From contig CAWIAD010000002.1 of assembly GCA_963833985.1 (NCBI GenBank), positions 3,616,001 through 3,680,000 on the forward strand: a stretch of 64,000 nucleotides of DNA, read 5' to 3'. The notes beneath the pieces were generated by a model. The model saw nothing but the letters and a program-made list of their open reading frames with translations. It made no database searches and had not been told where the DNA came from. The stretch's first letter is position 1. Every line of letters starts with the position of its first letter. The position numbers were made by a program, and so were the translations under genes. Below, piece after piece: positions 51,333-60,969 of this stretch. This stretch comes from an uncultured Planctomycetaceae bacterium. Its GTDB lineage: Bacteria > Planctomycetota > Planctomycetia > Isosphaerales > Isosphaeraceae.

Positions 51333-52365
51333 AATGGCGGCGCTCTCTATATAATAATACGAGGGGCGAAGGCTACGGACGCCTCCCGCACCCGTCAGGG
51401 GCATTTGTAAGTCGCATGAGACTTACGACTTGGCGACATAATCTCAATCGAGAACGAAGGTTCCGCCAACCCCCATCCTGGCTCACGTCCCCCGTCTGGT
51501 CTCATTTCCGCCGCTCCTTCGCAGCCAACTGACACCGCCGATTGCGTCGTTGATAACCAACGACCAACCGGGAGTCAGTCATGCCAACGCAAGAACAACT
51601 CAGAGAGCAGATCACCGCACAAGTCATCGCCGCCTTGGAGTCCGGTGACGTGCCGCCGTGGAGAAGACCTTGGCGACTGGGCAAGAATGCTGGTTCCCCC
51701 GCCAACGTGGTCTCCAAGCGAGGCTACCGAGGGCTCAACCTGCTGCTCTTGGACGTGGCGGCGACTCGCCACAACCTGTCCAGTCGTTGGTGGGGAACTT
51801 TCAATCAGTGGCGGCAACTGGGCGGCAGGGTGATGTCTCGTCCAAGCCACGTTCCTCCTGGCAAATGGGGAACTCAGATCGTCTTCTGGGCTCCCGTCGT
51901 CAAGACAGTCGAAAACGAGAACGGCGAGGAGGAAGAAGACCGGTTCTTCTTCATGCGGACTTACTGCGTCTTCAATAGCGAGCAAGTTGATGGGCTTGAC
52001 CACCTCAAAGCCGGTCAACCTGACACCGGTAAGAACCACGTCGTCGATTTCCAGCCCGCCGAAGAGGCATTGGAAGCCAGTCTCTCTGGGATGCAACTGA
52101 GCCTTCGTTTTGGCGGGGGCAAGGCGTTCTACAACCCTGCCCAGGACTACGTGCAGATCCCACCAAAGGCGACCTTCGAGTCACTGAAAGAGTACTACGG
52201 AACCGTCTTCCACGAACTCGTTCATGCCACGGAACACGAGTCTCGGCTGAACTGGAGTCGGAAGGACAAAGACAAGACCTATGCCTTCGGGGAACTCATC
52301 GCCGAGTTGGGCGGCGTCTTCGTCTGTCGTGAGTTGGGAGTCCCGGCGAGCGATGACCTGACTAA

Positions 52366-53875
52366 TTCTACTGTATCTCTACGTTCGTAGTTGGTTCTTC
52401 AAAGGGGGTAAGAGTTTGCGTGAGTAATGCTGGAAGAATCGGGCGAGCTCGTTGCGTTCCAACCAACGTGTGGTGCACCGGGAGAGCTTCTCGGGGCTGT
52501 TGACGTTGAGACGTTCCTCGATGATCCCTGCGATCAGTTGCCGCAACCGCGGTGACGTCAATGCCGGTGTCTGTATTTTTTCCCCGCCGCGTCTCCTGAT
52601 TCAGGAACCACGCGGCCACGAGCGACAAGGTTTGATGGTGATGCCAGGCGATCCAGTTCCGCACCTGGTAATCGGCCAGGCCCGCCTCCCCTTTGCCCCG
52701 CTCCAGGCACTCCTCGATCCGATGCGCCAGTTTGGCCACCCGGCCAAATTCGATCAACGGAGTTTCGGCTTTACTATTTGATAAATAATAATCATGTTTA
52801 ACAGTTCCATCGGCCTGTTGCTCACGCGTGATGAAGAGGACCTCCTCGAAACCTGCACGATTGCCCGGTCCTCGAGATTGGACGCGCCGCTTGATCGCGT
52901 CGACCACCAAAGGTCCCTTCTCGCCATCACGGACGTCGAGCCTCGTCCACGCCGATTCCGGCAGGGCCGCACGCCAATGATCCACACGCATGAAAGGAGC
53001 CTTGGGGGGTTGACCCCGCCCCCCATATTCCGGTGGCGGTGCCTCCAGATCGCGGATCGTCGTGTTCGACGGAACCGCCAACAGATACTGCTCCCCCCGC
53101 TCCCTCAACGCCTGGCGAAAACTCGCGGGACGGCCCATTTCATCGTCCCCCGCCACCCACGCGTGTGGCAGCAACCCACCTTGCTCATCCAGCATCGCCA
53201 GGGCCAATTGATGGCGCGTCTGGAACTTGATGGACTTGGGGACGCCAGCCTTGTTCCGGCGGTCGCGATCCTTGGCCCATTCCTTGGGCAAGTAAAGCCT
53301 TACATTGGTAATCGTATGCTCTTTTCTAGACGCATAAGCCATGTAGACGCCAACCTGACAGTTCTCAACCTTCCCCAGCCGGCCGCACCACTGCCGCGCG
53401 ACGCCCACCGACATAGTCCCTTTCTTGGGGAAGCCCGAAGGGTCGAAGATAATCACCCCATCCTTCTCGCCCAGTTGCTCGCCGACCTGCTGCGCCAGGA
53501 TCGTGAGCAGGGGTTGATGATCCCATGGCACGTGCCCGATGAACTTTTGGATTCCTTGTCGTTCTTGATCGTGGAGATAAGCGATTCCCTCGCCGGTCTT
53601 GTGCTCAAGCTTCGACAGCAGACCGGTAACGTACTCGGTTGCATGTCGATGTTGTTCAGGTTCGCTCAGGGTCGCAGCGAACGGCTCGATGAAGACGTCC
53701 AACCGTTCCAGCAGACCATCGATCAAGTCAGGCGACACCTGCGATTGTGCCAGCATGTCAGCCAACCGTGCTTCGTATCGTCGATCCATGACGCCCTCGC
53801 TTCCTTGTAACATCCTTGACGGAAGCGAATATCAGAAAAAACCTTACAGTTCGTCAACCCCAGGATACAGTAGAA
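52366..53875 (-). mobile_element. IS701-family insertion sequence
   Basis: 12-bp IR TTCTACTGTATC/GATACAGTAGAA; target duplication CTAA (52362-65, 56126-29). Confidence 0.92.
52368..53789 (-). CDS. IS701-family DDE transposase
   Basis: DPSGFPKKG..SVGVARQWCGRLGKVENCQVGV, WVAGD, IEECL. Confidence 0.92.
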   Translation of the reverse strand: MDRRYEARLADMLAQSQVSPDLIDGLLERLDVFIEPFAATLSEPEQHRHATEYVTGLLSKLEHKTGEGIAYLHDQERQGIQKFIGHVPWDHQPLLTILAQQVGEQLGEKDGVIIFDPSGFPKKGTMSVGVARQWCGRLGKVENCQVGVYMAYASRKEHTITNVRLYLPKEWAKDRDRRNKAGVPKSIKFQTRHQLALAMLDEQGGLLPHAWVAGDDEMGRPASFRQALRERGEQYLLAVPSNTTIRDLEAPPPEYGGRGQPPKAPFMRVDHWRAALPESAWTRLDVRDGEKGPLVVDAIKRRVQSRGPGNRAGFEEVLFITREQQADGTVKHDYYLSNSKAETPLIEFGRVAKLAHRIEECLERGKGEAGLADYQVRNWIAWHHHQTLSLVAAWFLNQETRRGKNTDTGIDVTAVAATDRRDHRGTSQRQQPREALPVHHTLVGTQRARPILPALLTQTLTPFEEPTTNVEIQ

Positions 53876-56119
53876 CCTACTTTCCGCACATCTCGCCTTG
53901 ACTATCTCCTAATTTCCGTGTGCCGTCTTTCGGCCTGTCAGGCTCAAATCTCGTAGGCTTTGGGTATCCCCAGCAGGCGCAGGATCCTCTTCTGGAGCCG
54001 AGTTAACTCTGTGCTGAACACCTCAAGAGGGCGTTTCCCAGCCTTCAGGGAATGCTCTTGAACGTCCTCGTACAGGTCGATCACTTTTCGAGCCGTCGGG
54101 CGTCGGCAGGCCCGACCTTCGGAATACAGTGGCAGGCTCTCGATTCCCGCTCGTTCCATCGCGCGGCGGAGTTCTCGCTCCAACAGCGCCTCGACCAGCA
54201 ACACGAAGAAGTACACGCAGAGCAAGGCCTGAATCCGACTCACCTCCTTCAGGTACATAGGCGCTACCACGAAGTCAGTCTTCAGGTGCTCGAACCGTCG
54301 TTCGATGGCCGGTTGCTGTTTGTAGGCCAAGAGCAGATCCTGCTCCGTCATCTTCGATTCGTTGCTCACCAGCGGGAAAATGCCATCACAGCGGGCCTCC
54401 TCATCCAGTCGCTCCAACTCAATCCGATGCTTCAACGAGTAACGGAGCTTCTCCTCTCGGACGTACCGCGTGTCCTGTCCAGGCCGGCCGCGTCGCTCCT
54501 GGCGGAACTTTTCGGTGACCTGCTCCTCGATCTCGACCGAGATCCACTCGGTGACCTCACAGTCTCGGAGCAGCTCCTCGACCGCCTCGGCGACCTTGGC
54601 TCGACTGCGGTACCGGGTTCGGGACGAGGCGAGCTTGGCACGCAGTTCGTCCAGTCGTTTCAACGCCTTCTCCAGCCGGGTCAGCCGTACCTCCGCATCC
54701 AACTCGGCCTTGCGTGTGCTGTGATACCAGATCAGCCGGTAACCCTCGGTGGTCTGGCTCGCAGGTTTGCAGATCGAGAAGCGGTCGGTCAACTGTCCCT
54801 TGTCGTCGTACTTGTCGTGGGTCCATCGCCACTGGATCTCTCCCCGGAGTACGGCGCCGCGGAAGGCACCGTCCTCACTGCGAGTTCGCGGCAGCACGCT
54901 GAGGAACCGACCGCCGCGCTGATGCAGATAGGCCATGTTCTCGGTGGTGGCCAGCTTGCAGTCGGCGATGTAGAGAAAGTCTCGGCGTCCGGTCAGTTGA
55001 CAGAGCAACTCCCAGGTCTCCTGGTGAGAGCGGTCGTCGGTGGCGTTGCCGCTCTCGACGCGAAAGTGCACCGGGACGGCACCGTCGCCGGTCACGGTGA
55101 GGATGTAGAGTAGCTGCTTGAGGTCGGGGCGGTGGTCTTTGTTATGACCCCAGGTCACCGCCAACCGCAATTGTCCCCGCAGGGTTCGCTCCGCCTCCGC
55201 CGACTCGTAGTCACCGTGGAAAGTGATGGTGGTCGAGTCGTTGTGTAACTGGTCGAGGCTGACGTCGAATTCGCGTACGGCATGGGCCGCGACCTTCAGG
55301 GCCAACCCCGAGAGATTGGCGTCGAAGAGACGGTCGAGGGCCCGGCCAACTCGATCGTCGTTCATTGCGGCGACTTGGACATCGGACAACCCGAACAGTT
55401 TCGGCTCATGGCGGGCCACCCACTCACCGACACCATAGAGTGGCTCACGCGAGATCAGCAGGTTGCGCAGCAGGACGAGCAAGGCCGTGGCCGTGGGGAC
55501 CCGAGTGCGGCCGTCCTCATGGGGCAGGTGGTCGCAGAGAAACTCGCGAAGGCGGAGCCGACTCAGGAAGTGTTCCAGGATGGGCACGGCGGCAATCCGC
55601 CGCGTGTTGAGCGTGCGCTTGCGTCCCTTCGAGCGTGCCGTCTCGCCGGGTTGGCGCGGTCGTTGAGGTTCGTTCATGCGGATCATCTCCGGAGGGTTTG
55701 CAGCGAGTTGGCCGGTGTCCGCCGCCGGGCCTTCCAGGGCCGTGAGGGGAGCAGGCCGACCGCCGCAGGGCTTGCCGCAATGATGGCGGAGGAGATCGGG
55801 ACGTCAAGGACAAAAAATCTTGTGATTCACTTATGACAATTTGCCTTGACGTAAGTTGTGAGCCGCTCAACTTACGCTCATAGCCCGTGTCACAAGTCGT
55901 CGCGGCGAGAATCGCGGCGCGCGGCTGGACATTGCCAAGTCATAAGACAAGGCGAAGAATGGCTCGAGTTCAGGAACGGTCCGGTTGGCGAACCATCTGA
56001 ACCGAACAAGGTCCCCGTGCCGATCGACTTGTAGATGTTTACCGACCCTGGGGCCGCGTCTGAGAAGATGGCCTCAGGTCGAATTCGGGGAAATCAAAGG
56101 GAGATGTGCGGAAAGTAGG
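53876..56119 (-). mobile_element. IS1634-family insertion sequence
   Basis: 19-bp IR CCTACTTTCCGCACATCTC/GAGATGTGCGGAAAGTAGG; 6-bp duplication GTAGAA (53870-75, 56120-25). Confidence 0.92.
53944..55686 (-). CDS. IS1634-family transposase
   Basis: NDDRVGRALD, HNDST, GHNKDHRPDLKQ, IADCKL, IERRFEHLK. Confidence 0.92.
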   Translation of the reverse strand: MIRMNEPQRPRQPGETARSKGRKRTLNTRRIAAVPILEHFLSRLRLREFLCDHLPHEDGRTRVPTATALLVLLRNLLISREPLYGVGEWVARHEPKLFGLSDVQVAAMNDDRVGRALDRLFDANLSGLALKVAAHAVREFDVSLDQLHNDSTTITFHGDYESAEAERTLRGQLRLAVTWGHNKDHRPDLKQLLYILTVTGDGAVPVHFRVESGNATDDRSHQETWELLCQLTGRRDFLYIADCKLATTENMAYLHQRGGRFLSVLPRTRSEDGAFRGAVLRGEIQWRWTHDKYDDKGQLTDRFSICKPASQTTEGYRLIWYHSTRKAELDAEVRLTRLEKALKRLDELRAKLASSRTRYRSRAKVAEAVEELLRDCEVTEWISVEIEEQVTEKFRQERRGRPGQDTRYVREEKLRYSLKHRIELERLDEEARCDGIFPLVSNESKMTEQDLLLAYKQQPAIERRFEHLKTDFVVAPMYLKEVSRIQALLCVYFFVLLVEALLERELRRAMERAGIESLPLYSEGRACRRPTARKVIDLYEDVQEHSLKAGKRPLEVFSTELTRLQKRILRLLGIPKAYEI

Positions 56120-56297
56120 GTAGAACTAACCACATTGCCTATCTCGGGAACTGGCTCCAAGCCATGAAGAACGATTCCCGGTTCATCATCATGGCGAGTG
56201 CTCAGGCGAGCAAAGCCGCCTCTTACATCCTGTCGTTCAGCAGGAAAGAGGAGGAAGTCCCTCAAGAAGACGGTGAACTGGTCACTGCCTGACCTCT

Positions 56298-56319
56298 TGC
56301 GGGAACGGAGTCCCGCAAC
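56298..56319 (+). terminator. Hairpin after ardC
   Basis: TTGCGGGA-ACGGAG-TCCCGCAA; no U-tract, directly followed by a motif copy. Confidence 0.4.
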
Positions 56320-56355
56320 CTGACACCGCCGAACAAACTGTCCCGATCGAGGACA

Positions 56356-56517
56356 ACCGGAACAGGGACGCCCGAGACGATCAAGTGGCGGCTCGGCTTT
56401 AGCGATCTACACGCAGCGTTGAACCGCTCCCTGAACTGCGCAGCAGCGGGCGGAATTCTGCTGCCATTGTGAACGCTCGAAGCCGCACTGGATCAACGAC
56501 GGCGTTCCCTGTCCGGT
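56356..56517 (+). ncRNA. Candidate structured non-coding RNA or ssDNA element
   Basis: Nested inverted repeats forming a long branched stem between two motif copies; no credible ORF. Confidence 0.5.
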
Positions 56518-56579
56518 CTCTTCTGAACCGACACCGCCGAGAGGGGTGCGAGAGCACCACACCCATAAGGGAGACGACC

Positions 56580-56798
56580 GTGAGCATTGGTGAAATGACC
56601 GCCGAACCTCAACTCGGCGACACGGCGTTTTATCGTGCTGCCATCCCACGAGCCAGGAAGCAACGAGTGACCGTATCGGGGTTGTTCCTGAATGGGCGCA
56701 TCAAAGTCACCTTCCCGGATGGGAGTTGGAAAAGCCTCCCACGTCATTATCACAAGCGGATTCAGAACGAGCGATTCGGGCTTGTAAGGATCGAATAG
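56580..56798 (+). CDS. Small basic hypothetical protein
   Basis: GTG start with GGGAG RBS, 51 nt after a motif copy. Confidence 0.65.
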   Translation: MSIGEMTAEPQLGDTAFYRAAIPRARKQRVTVSGLFLNGRIKVTFPDGSWKSLPRHYHKRIQNERFGLVRIE

Positions 56799-56883
56799 CA
56801 GTCACAACCGCGACTTCAGCGTCACCGTTTGACACCGCCGAAAGGGATGTGAGATCAACACACACCTAGCAACGGAGATCAAC

Positions 56884-57489
56884 ATGACAGCACTGGGTGA
56901 AATGACCCTAGAAGATGCCGCAAAGCAAGCGGCAGGAAATTGGCAGCGTTTCGAGTGCTTTGTGTGGTTCAGGGACGAGGAGGTTGATGACCCCGACAAC
57001 TGGGTGATCATCTACACGCACAACAGAGACAGCGGTCTCCTTGACAAGAGCAACGCCGAAGCCATCGCCGAAGCGATGGAGCCGTTCACGAACGGTCACG
57101 ACCCGGATGTGGTGGTGGAATCCCATAACCACTGGGCAGTCGGGCACGTGGATGGCTTCAGCATCAGGGTTTACCGGGACGGTGAGATCACCGGAGCCTT
57201 CCGCACCTACCACGACCTGATGGAGCAAGTGGACGGCTACCCAATCCTGGATGAAGAGGATTATTGGGAACGGGAACTTGATGCGACCCTCGAAAACATC
57301 AGTGACGCCGCATGGCGTGTGAAGCACGAATACACCTTGCCCGAGGGCTGGGAAGGAGACGTTTACTCCTGGCTGAGCGACAACCGCTCGGGAGCCGTCG
57401 AGAACCGTGACGACCAAGGGGGCTATCCCGAAGAGGATGACCTTCGGGCGGCGTTCGCTGCCCTGGGCTATGAGCGGATCGAAGAGTAG
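56884..57489 (+). CDS. Acidic hypothetical protein
   Basis: NRDSGLLDKSN, HWAVGHV, YPILDEEDY; GGAG RBS. Confidence 0.85.
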   Translation: MTALGEMTLEDAAKQAAGNWQRFECFVWFRDEEVDDPDNWVIIYTHNRDSGLLDKSNAEAIAEAMEPFTNGHDPDVVVESHNHWAVGHVDGFSIRVYRDGEITGAFRTYHDLMEQVDGYPILDEEDYWERELDATLENISDAAWRVKHEYTLPEGWEGDVYSWLSDNRSGAVENRDDQGGYPEEDDLRAAFAALGYERIEE

Positions 57490-57547
57490 GACCGGGTGAC
57501 ACCGCCGAGGAGGGTGTGATGAACGCCCTCTTCGATGGAGTGAGACC

Positions 57548-57754
57548 ATGAACGAAAGCCCCGATGAGTGGCTCGAACGGCTCTTCGAGTTCGAGTACTG
57601 CCCAGAGTGCGGCGGCGATGCCGACGACCATGAAGTGAGCGTGGTCTTGGGGAATTACTTTGCGTGGTGCAAGCGGTCTCCCTTCGCCGACACCGCCGAG
57701 GAGGGTGTGATGAACACCCTCCCCGATGGAGCACGTGGGGCATCTGTGCCATGA
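57548..57754 (+). CDS. Small acidic Zn-ribbon-like protein
   Basis: CPECGGD..H..WC; reads through the next motif copy. Confidence 0.65.
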   Translation: MNESPDEWLERLFEFEYCPECGGDADDHEVSVVLGNYFAWCKRSPFADTAEEGVMNTLPDGARGASVP

Positions 57755-57825
57755 GTGACCGAGGCGGGGCTGGCATCTTCAGCCCCGCTCACCTGACACC
57801 GGATAACAACCTCGGAGAGCAGTCA

Positions 57826-58191
57826 ATGGCACTGATTGAGCGAAACGGCAGGGTCTATGCCCGCAAACTGTGGATCTTCCTCGGCGCGAGCGAATGGGGC
57901 AACGACCTCATGAGGCTGGTCGCGAGGGAAGCCTTCGCCAATGACGCCAGCTTGGATGCCGTCCAGGTACACGAGCACGGTGGCTGGTATCTCACCTTCC
58001 TGCGAGGCGGCACGATCGTCGGCATCGCCAACGATCAGGCGCATCTCGATGACAGAGCCAATCGGCGGGAGAGATTCGCCGCCCCTGACACCGACGAGAA
58101 GGGCATGGATGCCATGCCGCAGAGCACACGCATGGGGAATACGAATGAGCAACTCAGGAATCACACCACGGTTCAGCCTTCTCCAACTTGA
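57826..58191 (+). CDS. Hypothetical protein
   Basis: ATG 57826 with GGAG; reads through motif 58086. Confidence 0.65.
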   Translation: MALIERNGRVYARKLWIFLGASEWGNDLMRLVAREAFANDASLDAVQVHEHGGWYLTFLRGGTIVGIANDQAHLDDRANRRERFAAPDTDEKGMDAMPQSTRMGNTNEQLRNHTTVQPSPT

Positions 58192-58543
58192 CGAGACCAA
58201 GTTCTGGGCGGATGAGGTTGTCCGTAGTGCCAAGCAGGTTTTCGGTCTTTACGTCTTTGACCAGAACAGGAGGGTCCATTGTTGCGAGTTCACACCCAGC
58301 TACGAGTGCGTCTTCGTCGGTTCCGCTATCGGGAACACCGACCTCGACGAAACCGCCAACGAACGGCTCGACACCGCCATCAGAGAGGGCGATCTGGAAA
58401 CCGAGCAGGTGAAGTACATCCACTGCCGCGAGATCGACGCCCTTCCGAAGATCGGCGATCAAGACCTCAAGGTGGGCGTCTCCGACCTCAACATCGATGA
58501 CGAAGAGGAAGCCCTGGAATACGTCCGACAGCGGGCTCTTTGA
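58145..58543 (+). CDS. Acidic hypothetical protein
   Basis: VHCCEFTPSYE ORF, 59 nt after a motif copy. Confidence 0.75.
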   Translation: MSNSGITPRFSLLQLDETKFWADEVVRSAKQVFGLYVFDQNRRVHCCEFTPSYECVFVGSAIGNTDLDETANERLDTAIREGDLETEQVKYIHCREIDALPKIGDQDLKVGVSDLNIDDEEEALEYVRQRAL

Positions 58544-58594
58544 AGTGACACCGCCGACAAGTGCGACAGGCAACCCCCAACTCAGGAGACCCAC

Positions 58595-59488
58595 ATGGCA
58601 TTCACCGCTGATACCGGGGACCACAAAGTCACCCGCAGCGACATTTACCTCGTAGACCCCACGGCGCTGATCGTGGACTGGCGGAAGAACCTCAGCCGCA
58701 ACGGCGAGGAGCCACCCGTTGACGAACCTCTCATGGATCTGGCTCGCGACATGATGCCCAAGAGGGGGCAGGGCGACACGGAGGAGGGCACAAGCGGGCA
58801 ACTCAATCCGATCCTCGTTCGACCCCTCAGCGACCGTCGCCTGGAGGTGGTAGGCGGCTTCCGCCGCATGCGGGCAGCCCTCTGGCTCATCGAGTCGGGC
58901 ACGTGCCCCGACTTCAAGATCAAGTACGTCGTCAGCCGCCTGTCCGACGCCGAGGCGGCACTGATCAACCTCAGCGAGAACATCCAACGGGAAGATCCCA
59001 AGCCCATCCAGCTTGCCCACGCGGTACGGGCACTGACCGAGGATTATGGACTTACTCTCAAGCAGGTTGCAGGACGACTGAAACGCTCCGAGGCTTGGCT
59101 GTCGAATTTGCTCAACCTCGTGATGCTTCCCACTTCGATCCAGGAGAGCGTGGCGAACGGGAAGACTCCCGTCTCTGCCGCCCTTGAACTGACCAAGTTC
59201 CCGACCGACAAGCAGGTCGAGACCTTCAACGACCTGGCAGCCAGTGGCGAGAAAGTCACCGCTGCCAAGGTGCGGAAGAGGCGGCAGGAGACGCACGAGG
59301 CGACCGGTGAGGGCGGTCCCGTGCCCCGCACCCTCAAGCAACTGAGGGCATTCCTCGAAGGAAAGACCGGTCCCGCCGACCCCGGTCACAAGCTCGCCTC
59401 CTACCTGCTCGACTACCTGGCGGGCAAGAAGAGCGATGACAACCTGGGCAAGTACTGGGACAAGGCGTTCCCCGAAGGCAACGGCTGA
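58595..59488 (+). CDS. ParB/Srx-like protein with HTH
   Basis: GQLNPILVR, GGFRRMRAA, ENIQRED, HTH LKQVAGRLKRSEAWLS. Confidence 0.88.
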   Translation: MAFTADTGDHKVTRSDIYLVDPTALIVDWRKNLSRNGEEPPVDEPLMDLARDMMPKRGQGDTEEGTSGQLNPILVRPLSDRRLEVVGGFRRMRAALWLIESGTCPDFKIKYVVSRLSDAEAALINLSENIQREDPKPIQLAHAVRALTEDYGLTLKQVAGRLKRSEAWLSNLLNLVMLPTSIQESVANGKTPVSAALELTKFPTDKQVETFNDLAASGEKVTAAKVRKRRQETHEATGEGGPVPRTLKQLRAFLEGKTGPADPGHKLASYLLDYLAGKKSDDNLGKYWDKAFPEGNG

Positions 59489-59543
59489 CACCAACGTAGG
59501 GGGCGTGACCAACGCCCCCATCAAAAACCAAAGGGATCGCACG

Positions 59544-60479
59544 ATGACCTACCCCGCACTGACCCTGATCAACCCGATCCCGGACGAGTCCGCCCAGGTC
59601 GCCGAGGAGTCCACGCTCACGGCGCTGGAAGAGCGGCAGAATCTCCTGGCTCATCACGTGCGGCTCGTCGCCCGAGGTCTCTCAGTAGGGCTCTTCGTTT
59701 ATGGACCGCATGGAGGGCTTGGTAAGAGCCGCACAGTGCTGCGGACACTCGCTGATGAAGGCGTGTCGCCGATTCTCGTGAACTCGCACATCACGCCTCT
59801 GGCTCTCTACAGCACGCTCTACTTCAACCGCTCGGGGAAAGTCGTCTTCTTCGACGACGTGGATTCAATCTTTGGCTCTATGTCGCACCTTGGCTTGCTT
59901 CGATCGGCTCTCTGGGGCGATCCCAGGATCGTCACATACGGGTCAAGCCAATTGGATGATCTGCTGGGCTCGTTCATCTTCGAGTCCCGTCTCATCTTTT
60001 CGGGCAACGTGATCCCCAAGCGGAACGACGCCTTCAAGGCAGTGCTCTCGCGGTGCGACATCTTTCAACTCGATGCGACCCAGGAAGAGGTCATTGAACT
60101 CATGAGGTCGGTCTCAAGGCAGGGCTATGAGACGCTGACGCCCGATGACTGCCTCGAAGTCGTAACGTTCATCGAGGAGAACGGTGATGACCGCGCGATC
60201 TCGATAAGGCTCTTGGAGCCGAGCTTCCGCAAGGTGATCTACGCACAATCGGAGGGCTTGGACTGGCGACCGCTTGTCCTGACCCAACTCCGCACTCTCG
60301 GACGCAAAGAGGATACGTCCCGCCGCGTGGACGCCAAGGCTCGGGAGATTCGCACACTTCACCAAGCCATCGAGCGGTTCCCTGACTCTGTGGCTGAGCA
60401 GCAGATGTTCTGGAGCAAAGTAACGAGCAAAAGCCGGGCTTCCTTTTTCCGGCTCATCGCCAAGCACCGTCCACGTTGA
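59544..60479 (+). CDS. P-loop ATPase with C-terminal HTH-like segment
   Basis: GPHGGLGKS, VFFDDVD, SRASFFRL. Confidence 0.8.
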   Translation: MTYPALTLINPIPDESAQVAEESTLTALEERQNLLAHHVRLVARGLSVGLFVYGPHGGLGKSRTVLRTLADEGVSPILVNSHITPLALYSTLYFNRSGKVVFFDDVDSIFGSMSHLGLLRSALWGDPRIVTYGSSQLDDLLGSFIFESRLIFSGNVIPKRNDAFKAVLSRCDIFQLDATQEEVIELMRSVSRQGYETLTPDDCLEVVTFIEENGDDRAISIRLLEPSFRKVIYAQSEGLDWRPLVLTQLRTLGRKEDTSRRVDAKAREIRTLHQAIERFPDSVAEQQMFWSKVTSKSRASFFRLIAKHRPR

Positions 60480-60528
60480 CGATGAGCAGTGGTCCACAGA
60501 GACGGCAAGTGAAAGACTCGCGTCCCGC

Positions 60529-60768
60529 TTACAAGCTGACTTGCACAGCGAGACGGACAATCACGAGAGTCATGATGACGGTATAAGCAATGCAGAGGGT
60601 GGCTCCCGTCAAGGCGAGGTTACGAGACCAGCCAGATGCTCCCTTCGTCATCGAGACAGCCCCAATGGCGATCATCGGGGACACTGGCAATAGCCAGAAG
60701 CAGGCTACGCTCAGGATGGCAAACAGCTTCGCCATTCGCCCCCGCATCACTCCAGCAACAGTGTTCAT
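60529..60768 (-). CDS. Small membrane protein, antisense to the array
   Basis: Two hydrophobic helices; GGAG before the ATG. Confidence 0.55.
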   Translation of the reverse strand: MNTVAGVMRGRMAKLFAILSVACFWLLPVSPMIAIGAVSMTKGASGWSRNLALTGATLCIAYTVIMTLVIVRLAVQVSL

Positions 60769-60969
60769 GACGCAAGCTCCTCGTGTCGCATCAGCAACCC
60801 TTCTAATCTTGGCACCGTCTACGACATCTGTCAATTCACTGCCTGCCAGTCTTCATTTGCCCAGGAGGAGCCCCTCAACTCCCTGGCTCAACAGTGCGAC
60901 TGCTGAGCCTGAACTGACACCGCCGATCCTCACGTTGAGAACGACAACCACATCAACGGGAGGATCAAC

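Larger units (their letters stand above)
51581..56292 (+). pseudogene. ardC: ArdC-family antirestriction/ssDNA-binding protein split by nested IS elements (51581-52365 + 56130-56292)
   Basis: PPWRRPW, YRGLN, WGTFNQW, FHELVH, YAFGELIAELG; C-terminus NHIAYLGNWLQAMKND resumes in frame after the IS. Confidence 0.93.

Noticed and set aside
55850..55876. Palindrome CGTAAGTTG..CAACTTACG inside IS1634, similar to 51407-51426
   Set aside because: Only two loosely similar copies with different spacers and no match to dif; function cannot be supported.
52021..58380. Motif-like TGACACCGGTAA (52021) and CGACACCGCCAT (58369)
   Set aside because: Both lie inside coding sequence without a downstream RBS and start; probably chance. 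The partial TGACACCGCT at 34649 was also excluded.
52794..59542. Long antisense ORFs (52794-53810, 54052-55113, 58154-59542, also 1319-2128 and 61807-62634)
   Set aside because: Shadows of real genes on the opposite strand in GC-rich DNA, with no motifs of their own.
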